From NCBI GenBank assembly GCA_963785305.1, contig CAWAUV010000008.1:288001-352000 (forward strand): a stretch of DNA of 64,000 bases. Direction: 5' to 3'. Made by a program: the position numbers and the translations under genes. Source of the DNA: an uncultured Planctomycetaceae bacterium. Its GTDB lineage: Bacteria; Planctomycetota; Planctomycetia; Pirellulales; PALSA-1355. Below, piece after piece: positions 57,250-64,000 of the stretch (positions are counted from its first letter, which is position 1; the number at the start of each line of letters is the position of its first letter). The notes beneath the pieces are model-generated. The model was not told the origin of the DNA, made no database searches, and worked only from the letters and a program-made list of their open reading frames with translations.

Positions 57250-59514
57250 GGTTATGTCGATACGTCGGATGGCGGCGAGGAAGACCTCGACGACGGCGCG
57301 ACGACATCCGACAACGTCACCGCGAGCGGCAGCGCCTCGCAAACGAGCGTCGAGACTCAGACCACGACTTCGACGATCAACTGGAACTATACGGACGGCG
57401 GCGGGACCACGAGCTACGTGCAAGCGGCGGCCACCTGTTCCGGTTCGACCGAAGTCGACCAAAGCTACAACCTCGGGGGCGACAACGCTGGCGACGATGG
57501 CGAGGGCGACGACGGCCAAAATGACGGTCCGACGAAAATCAGCATTTCGAAATCCACCCAAGAGGCCAACGACAAAGTCACTTACTGGGCCACGTCGTCG
57601 GCCACTCCCGACTATTCGACATCCCTCGTTTTCAGCGGCACGCTCAACACCGGCACATCGCTCAGCTATACCACCCAGGGCGTCTACACGCCCACGGCCG
57701 GCGTCGAACCCTCGGGCTCCCTGACCGAGAGCGAAAGCGACTATAGCCTCGGTTCTGAAAACATCTCCAGCACCGAGGTCTACGCGCACGGCGACGGCGG
57801 AAGCTTCACGCAAGTCAGCGTTTCAGCCAGCGACAATACGAACCATGCGTTCTCCGCCCACGACGCGGTGAATTCCGAGGACCACGCGGGCCACTCGCAC
57901 GAAACGACGAACGAAAATGTCAGCGTGTCGAGTAGCGCCACCTACGGGCCCGATTCGCAAATCCAGCAATCGATCACCAGCTTCACGCTGAGTCCCATCG
58001 CCACCAGCGACGGCGATTGGAGCGGCGGCGGCGGGGTGATCAACACCGTGCGCGATTCGACCGGCGTGATTCTGACGAGCACGGTTCCCCAGTACGGACA
58101 GGGTTCGCCGCCCACGATCGTCACGATCACCAGTTCTCCCCAGCAGACTCCGACCGCGATCCCCGCGGGCAGTCCGCCGCTGGCGGCGGTGAACGCCGCG
58201 CATCAGGCGGTGTTCGCCCAGAATTGGGGCGACGTGTTCGAGGAGCAGTGGATCGCGAATCCACCGCCGAAGCCGAACTTCTCGTATAGCACGGCGTCGA
58301 ACCAAACCTCGGTCACCGACGCCTTCTTCGCCGGCCTGGGCACCGGCGCCAAGGCGGTGGTGAATGGCACATTCAAGGCGATCGTCTCGTCGGCCACGGT
58401 CGGCTTCGTCGAGGGCGACAACCTGCTCGAAGTCACCAAGGCCGATATGGAGCGGGGCTACGGCACGGCCGAGGCGTTCGCCAACGCCGGCGCGTCGGTC
58501 TTCGTGGGCGTCGCCACCGGCGGCGCTGCTTGCGCGCTCTCGAAAGGCGGCAATATCGCCAAGGTGGCCAGCGCCGGCATTCGGGCCTACGAAACCGCGA
58601 GCGACGCGGCCGACACCGCCCGCGCGGCGATCGACATCTACGAGAACGGCCCGAGCCTCGCGAACGTCGTCCAACTCGGCGGCCAAGCCCTCGCGTCCAT
58701 TCCCGCCATCAAGGGCGGCTGCTTCTTCCCGGGCACGCCGGTGGCCACCGAACTCGGCCACAAGCGGATCGAGATCGTTCTGCCCGGCGATCGCGTTTGG
58801 GCCTGCGACTTGACCACGAGCAAGTGGGAACTGCGCTCGGTGGTCGAGACCTACGTCACCGAATATGTCGGTGAGACGATCCGAGTCATGGTCGCCGGCG
58901 AGTGGATCGAGTCGACCCGGCATCATCCGTTCTGGGTGGCGGAAGGAAAGAATCTCGCCGATCGGCCGACGCCGGAGCACGTGGCGGCGGCGATGGCCGA
59001 GGGCGGAACGCTGCCCGGCCGCTGGGTCGACGCCGGCGACCTCGAACTCGGCGATCTGGTGCTCTTCAAAGACGGCCGCCGGGCGCCGATCGAAGCCATC
59101 GAGGTTCACCTCGTCGCCGTCCAGGTCTATAATTTCCAAGTCGAGGGACTGCATAATTACGCCGTCGGCCTCGACTCCGTGCTGGCGCATAATAATTGCG
59201 CGGCAAATAATTCGGGCGGCGCAAACGCCGCTCAAGGCGCACAAAACCTGAATAACGGATGGGGGAATCTGGGTAGCCACGGACCCGTCACTCCTGACGT
59301 AGCACTTCGTTCGGCGGAAAAATGGCTCGGTGCTGGCTACAAGGAAATCGCCCCCGGCGTTTACCGATCCGCCGACGGCCTCAGGCAATTTCGAATGACC
59401 GCAAGTGACCTTATTCCAACGCATGGGAATATCGGACCCCATGTTCATTTTGAGGTACCGAACCCTGCTGGCGGTCCGCCATTGGAGAACTTACACATAC
59501 CTGTAACACCTTAA
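57250..59514 (+). CDS. Orphan cassette: class D stalk, HINT, BECR-like RNase tip
   Basis: GGCFFPGT...LAHNN; tip AEKWLGAGYK...YRSADGLRQFR...PHVHFE. Confidence 0.75.
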   Translation, partial: GYVDTSDGGEEDLDDGATTSDNVTASGSASQTSVETQTTTSTINWNYTDGGGTTSYVQAAATCSGSTEVDQSYNLGGDNAGDDGEGDDGQNDGPTKISISKSTQEANDKVTYWATSSATPDYSTSLVFSGTLNTGTSLSYTTQGVYTPTAGVEPSGSLTESESDYSLGSENISSTEVYAHGDGGSFTQVSVSASDNTNHAFSAHDAVNSEDHAGHSHETTNENVSVSSSATYGPDSQIQQSITSFTLSPIATSDGDWSGGGGVINTVRDSTGVILTSTVPQYGQGSPPTIVTITSSPQQTPTAIPAGSPPLAAVNAAHQAVFAQNWGDVFEEQWIANPPPKPNFSYSTASNQTSVTDAFFAGLGTGAKAVVNGTFKAIVSSATVGFVEGDNLLEVTKADMERGYGTAEAFANAGASVFVGVATGGAACALSKGGNIAKVASAGIRAYETASDAADTARAAIDIYENGPSLANVVQLGGQALASIPAIKGGCFFPGTPVATELGHKRIEIVLPGDRVWACDLTTSKWELRSVVETYVTEYVGETIRVMVAGEWIESTRHHPFWVAEGKNLADRPTPEHVAAAMAEGGTLPGRWVDAGDLELGDLVLFKDGRRAPIEAIEVHLVAVQVYNFQVEGLHNYAVGLDSVLAHNNCAANNSGGANAAQGAQNLNNGWGNLGSHGPVTPDVALRSAEKWLGAGYKEIAPGVYRSADGLRQFRMTASDLIPTHGNIGPHVHFEVPNPAGGPPLENLHIPVTP

Positions 59515-59528
59515 ATGAGGCTCCCTTT

Positions 59529-59795
59529 ATGAAACTACGCGCACGAGTAAAGTCATTTAGGGGAACTTCGACAAACTATATTGGCGAGCTCGTCGAAGGG
59601 CGGGCGGTTCCTGTTCAACAATTGCCCAACCCAACGTGGCTTGAAATTTCGGAAGAAAACGATGCTTTTTTGCTGCTCTACATAAATGCGAATGGTGAGT
59701 GCTTTGCTGATACATGGCACCAGACGATGCAAAGTGCGAAACGCGAGGCGACATTGGGGTTCGGGATCGGTCCGGATGATTGGGTTAAATCTTGA
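59529..59795 (+). CDS. Small putative immunity protein
   Basis: GAGG RBS; LLYINANGECFADTWHQTMQSAKREA...FGI...DW. Confidence 0.7.
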   Translation: MKLRARVKSFRGTSTNYIGELVEGRAVPVQQLPNPTWLEISEENDAFLLLYINANGECFADTWHQTMQSAKREATLGFGIGPDDWVKS

Positions 59796-60271
59796 GTGCT
59801 GTTGTCTGTCCCTCCCTAAAACCTCGTCGGAGGGGGCAGTGATGCGGACATCCGACTTGCGGGACGGATCGCTTCGCAGCTTGCGTTCGCGTGGGATCGC
59901 GATCGATCTTTGGCAATTCGATTGGCCGCGCGTTCGAGCGATCCTCGACGCGCGGCGCTTGGATCGGCGGGCGCGCCGATAAAAGCGCATGTTGATTCAA
60001 CACGACGGACACGAAGCACACGACGCCGGAAGAACGAGCGATTCCGACACGTCGACGCTCCGCCGTCTTCCTTGCTTCGTTGTGCTCTTCGTGTCCGTCG
60101 TGTTGAAAATCTCTTCTCCTCCGCGCCGCGCCGGCGGCCAACGTGGACTTCACAATCCCGAGGAAAATCAAAGGGGTCAGAAAATCAAAGGGGTCAGGCC
60201 TCATTGATTTTGCTGGCGGTTGTTGGTAGACTTGCGGCCATGCTATGACCACCACGAGCCGACGAAGCCGG

Positions 60272-62000
60272 CGGCGGGCATGCCGGCAACGCCACCGAGA
60301 AGACGAACGAAACCGCGGTGGCGCGGAATCTGTTCTTCCAGAACTACCAAGGCGAGGGAGATGAGAGCACGTCGCTGGCGGTGAACATCTCGCCGGAGAC
60401 CACGACCAACAGCACTTGGCAAGGTAATGTCGGCAAAGCCACCACGGTCTCCGACAGCCCCGGCCAGCAGGTCACGATGACGGTCGATTCGCTGTACGGC
60501 AACGGGATTCCCACCTTTACCACGATCACCAGCGCGTCGAACCCGCAAACGAGCGTCGCGCCATTCTCGGGCGAAGGCGGCCCGAAGTCGGCTTTGCAAG
60601 CGGCGCACGCGGCGGCGTTTGCCTCGACCTACCAGGATGTGTTCGACGAAAACGCGGTGACGACGCAAAGCACGCTCACGCCGACACCCACGCGCAGCTC
60701 GTCGCCCTGGGCCAGCTACTGGTCGAACGTCGCCGAGACCGCGAAGGGGTATTTCATCGACGGGCCGGTGAACATGGTGAAGGGCCTCGTGGAAAGCGCC
60801 TACCAACTCGTTACCGATCCCGTGGGCACTTTCAACAATTACGCGAACATCGTCCGGCATCCGTTCGACACCGCGAAAGCGCTCTATCAGCATTACTCCG
60901 AGCTAGCGCAGTCGAACCGCGGCCAGGGCGAGATCGCCTTCGAGTTGGCGAGCGCGCTCGGCCCCGCCGGGCTGGCGAAACTCGACAAGATCCGCACGGC
61001 GAGCAAGATCGCGAAAGCCGCCGAAGCCGCCACCGTCGCCGACGCCAGCCGCGTCGCAACCATCGCCACCGACACCGAGGAGGCGCTCGCCGCCGCCAAG
61101 GCCAACGAAGCGACACGGGCCGCCGAAGCCACGTCGACCTGCGAGGGTGAATTCGGCGGCTGCTTCTTCTCCGGCACGCCGGTGGCCACGGAGTTCGGTC
61201 ACAAGTCCATCGAGAGCATTACGGCGGAAGATCGGGTGTGGGCCTGCGATCTGGTAACCAGCCGGTGGGAACTTCGCCCGATCGTTGAAACATATGTGAC
61301 CGAGTACGTCGGCCAGAAGATTCGCACGAAGGTCGCCGGTGAATGGATCGAATCGACGTGGCATCACCCGATTTGGGTTGTCGATGGCCACGATCTCGCC
61401 GACCGCCCGCGGCCGGAGCACGTGAAACTCGCCGAAACCGCCGGCGCCACCGTCCCCGGCCGCTGGGTCGACGCGGGCGATCTGCGCGTCGGCGATTCGC
61501 TGCTCCTAAAAGACGGCCGCACGGCGCCGATCGAAGCCATCGAGGTTCACTTCGCCGTCGCCAAAGTTTATAATTTCCAAGTCGAGGGCTTGCACAACTA
61601 CGCCGTGGGCAACTTCGAGGCCCTGGTGCATAACAACGCAGTTTGCCCGGGCAGTAGCACGCAAAGCACCGCTGGCGCAAAGCGTGGCCCCAAGACGGAC
61701 CCGACCGCGCCGCACAACGCAAAAATACGATCTGAAGCAGATACGCTTGTGAGCGAAGGCAATACGATTATCGCCGGTGGCGGTCGCGAGCCGGAACAGT
61801 TAGTCAGGACGCCCGGTGGAAACAAAAAAGGGCGTCGGCCCGATATCCTCTATCAGACTCCCAATGGCGAATTGCGCGGACGTAACATCGGAAAAACAAA
61901 GGCTGATGGTTCGCCAGTCACGCGCGAGCAAAATGCGCTGAACGACCTCAATGGCAAGGGCGGCCTGCCGACGGATTTTGTTGCATATGATTCCTACTGA
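60272..62000 (+). CDS. Orphan cassette: class B stalk, HINT, REase-like tip (allele 2)
   Basis: Stalk and junction match 44270-45200; HINT and tip match 46810-47692 apart from a variable patch. Confidence 0.75.
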
Positions 62001-62007
62001 GAAAGCC

Positions 62008-62541
62008 ATGGCAGACATCAATATTCAATTTCACGCGCTCCCTGAGGAGCTTCGGCGGTTTGCCGAGCAATGTGTTCACGACTTCGATCTTCATGTTGTT
62101 GCGATGAAGTACTTTCCATTCGAGGCAAACGAAGTGCCGCAAGACTCGTTAAGCTCTGTTTTCTCAACCACGGCGCTGTTTCGCGAGCTTGCGTTTACGT
62201 TGGATTGCCCGGTGCTTCCTGCTAAAAATAGCCTGATATTTCACGACAATAACGCGAATTGTCTTTATTTAGAGATTCAACGTCCAAACAAGGACGGTTT
62301 GCGGCAGGCTTGCCTCAGTTGTCGAACGAACGACACGACGGCGTTGAGTGTCTGGAAGCAAATCGCGAAGCGGCTAAAAAAGATTACGAAAGCTGGCGTT
62401 ATAGTAGTGAATCCCAATTCCGGTTGCTCCGCTCCCTGTTCCTCGTTTCGTTATACTGCCGGCGCAAAAGCGCTTGAGTGCGAAGGTGTTCGTATGCTCC
62501 CCGCCGCCGGAGGAAACATCATAAAATTTCCGAGCGATTAA
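62008..62541 (+). CDS. Putative immunity protein (allele 2)
   Basis: Same as 47700..48233 except a divergent patch at 62205-62318. Confidence 0.7.
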   Translation: MADINIQFHALPEELRRFAEQCVHDFDLHVVAMKYFPFEANEVPQDSLSSVFSTTALFRELAFTLDCPVLPAKNSLIFHDNNANCLYLEIQRPNKDGLRQACLSCRTNDTTALSVWKQIAKRLKKITKAGVIVVNPNSGCSAPCSSFRYTAGAKALECEGVRMLPAAGGNIIKFPSD

Positions 62542-62647
62542 CGATCTATTCAAGACTGGTGTCCCTATCCAGTGAATCTTGAGCGAACGTATGTTCGAGG
62601 GATCCGGCGTAAGATGTTGCTGAATGCGTGAACTTTGCGTCTCGTGT

Positions 62648-63090
62648 GAAAAATCAAAGGGGTCAGGCCTCATTGATTTTGCTGGCGGTTGTTGGTAGAC
62701 TTGCGGCCATGCTATGACCACCACGAGCCGACGAAGCGGGCGGCGTCTGCCATGCCCTGAATCGAGCGAATGCCCGGGCCAAGATATTCCGCAACGACGC
62801 GGATTACGAAGCCTTCGAGCACGTGCTCGGTGAAGGGCTCGCGCGGCACGCCGTCGACTTGTTCTCTTACCAGTTGATGCCCAGCCACTGGCGCCGCTAG
62901 CGGAACGAGAGCTCGCTGCGGCGCCCCGCGAGGGACTCCCTTCGGCGAGCCGACTTGGACCGAAGCGACGATAAGGCGCCCGCGGCTGACCTCGAACCTA
63001 CAACCTCGTGGTCGTCCGCAAACCGCATTTTTCCGATACGGCTCCCGACCCTACACCAAACAATGGGTCCTGACCCCTTGGAATTCTTCG
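62648..63090 (+). mobile_element. Element A, full copy 2
   Basis: Near-identical to 56808-57249, with different flanks on both sides. Confidence 0.8.
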
Positions 63091-63875
63091 TCGTCCAACT
63101 CGGCGGCCAAGCCCTCGCGTCCATTCCCGCCATCAAGGGCGGCTGCTTCTTCCCGGGCACGCCGGTGGCCACCGAACTCGGCCACAAGCGGATCGAGGTC
63201 GTTCTTCCGGGCGATCGCGTCTGGGCCTGCGATCTGACCACGAGCGGGTGGGAACTGCGCTCGGTGGTCGAGACCTACGTCACCGAATATGTCGGTGAGA
63301 CGATCCGAGTCATGGTCGCCGGCGAGTGGATCGAGTCGACCCGGCATCATCCGTTCTGGGTGGCGGAAGGAAAGAATCTCGCCGATCGGCCGACGCCGGA
63401 GCACGTGGCGGCGGCGATGGCCGAGGGCGGAACGCTGCCCGGCCGCTGGGTCGACGCCGGCGACCTGCTTGTCGGCGACTTGTTGCTCTTGAAAGATGGC
63501 CGCGAAGTTTTGATCGAAGCCATCGAGGTTCACCTCGTCGCCGTCAAGGTCTATAATTTCCAGGTCGAGGGACTGCATAATTACGCAGTTGGACTCGGCT
63601 CCGTGCTGGTGCATAACAACTGCGCTCCAAGTAACCCTGGGCGTTCCGGTAAGCAGTCTAGGCTTCGCGAGCTAGCCAGCGATCCCAACGTTTCGTCGGC
63701 GGATAGAGGTTGGATTCAGCAGGAGTTGAATTCAATTGCTCGAGGTCAGAGAAGCACGATTCGTGTTCCGCCGGGAAAGAATTTGGCTCATCAGCGCGGC
63801 TACTCAGCTAAAGACGGCTATAGCTATTTGTACAGCGACTTGCAAGACATCGATTTGCACAAACTACAACACTGA
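63091..63875 (+). CDS. Orphan cassette: short class D stalk, HINT, Ntox8-like HNH tip
   Basis: GRSGKQSRLRELASDPNVSSADRGWIQQE...IRVPPG..LAH.RG...GYSY..S.LQ..DLH..QH. Confidence 0.75.
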
Positions 63876-63890
63876 TTTGAAGGCTATTAA

Positions 63891-64000
63891 ATGGCATGGA
63901 TTCTAAAAGACGCCGAAATTCAGTCTATTTTACGGGCGAGCGTCCAAGCACGGTTCGAGTATTTTGTGAAAAAGGCGGCGGATCAAGGACAAGTATGGAG
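63891..64000 (+). CDS. DUF2750-like putative immunity protein (runs off the window)
   Basis: MAWILKDAEIQSILRASVQARFEYFVKKAADQGQVW. Confidence 0.6.
   Translation, partial: MAWILKDAEIQSILRASVQARFEYFVKKAADQGQVW

Noticed and set aside
27258..59448. Long minus-strand ORFs (e.g. 27258..28820, 36902..38431, 51556..53274, 57823..59448)
   Set aside because: Antisense shadows of GC-rich plus-strand genes, with no recognisable motifs.
47450..62320. Diversity-generating retroelement behind the variable patches
   Set aside because: Differences involve all four bases with many synonymous changes rather than adenine-specific ones, and no reverse transcriptase is present in the window.
44270..63090. CRISPR array interpretation of the ~30 bp repeats
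   Set aside because: Copies are mostly kilobases apart, occur in both orientations, have no uniform spacers, and no cas genes are seen.
33116..63620. Selfish inteins with homing endonucleases
   Set aside because: The domains are short, have no internal endonuclease, mostly lack a +1 nucleophile and sit before toxin tips, which fits pretoxin HINT.
1..64000. tRNA or rRNA genes; classical integron attC sites
   Set aside because: No cloverleaf or rRNA-like segments recognised; the junction repeats lack the RYYYAAC...GTTRRRY pattern, and the tyrosine recombinase is too short for an IntI.

Overview
GC-rich bacterial DNA, most likely from a planctomycete: the giant ORF starts with a planctomycete-type leader (RRHQIESLEVRQFLHA) and one LRR gene starts with a YSFSLRLL motif. 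Layout: (1) 1-2150, the 3' end of a toxin-like gene followed by a tandem-S1-domain gene in the immunity position. (2) About 2100-9100, a decayed integrative island with an IS481-like integrase remnant, a tyrosine recombinase, a HARE-HTH protein, an AbrB-Doc toxin-antitoxin pair, a QueC-like fragment, a large serine recombinase and DUF2924. (3) 9582-16359, glycosyltransferase, TPR-GT9 and DUF6165 genes. (4) 16834-33931, a ~17 kb adhesin-like gene with no RHS repeats, ending in a pretoxin HINT domain and a nuclease tip. (5) About 33900-64000, an array of 11 orphan stalk-HINT-toxin/immunity cassettes drawn from at least four stalk classes. The most striking unexplained structure is at the cassette junctions. 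They repeatedly coincide with a ~30 bp end motif (AAAATCAAAGGGGTCAGGCCTCATTGATTTT) belonging to internally deleted Y1/RAYT-type HUH transposase elements, and with REPIN-like palindromes. A group II intron 5' fragment sits exactly inside one copy of the motif, and its likely EBS1 (CCTGAC) is complementary to the motif. Many single-base frameshifts across unrelated genes suggest long-read indel errors, so individual pseudogene calls are uncertain. All family assignments come from motif recognition by eye; no database searches were run.
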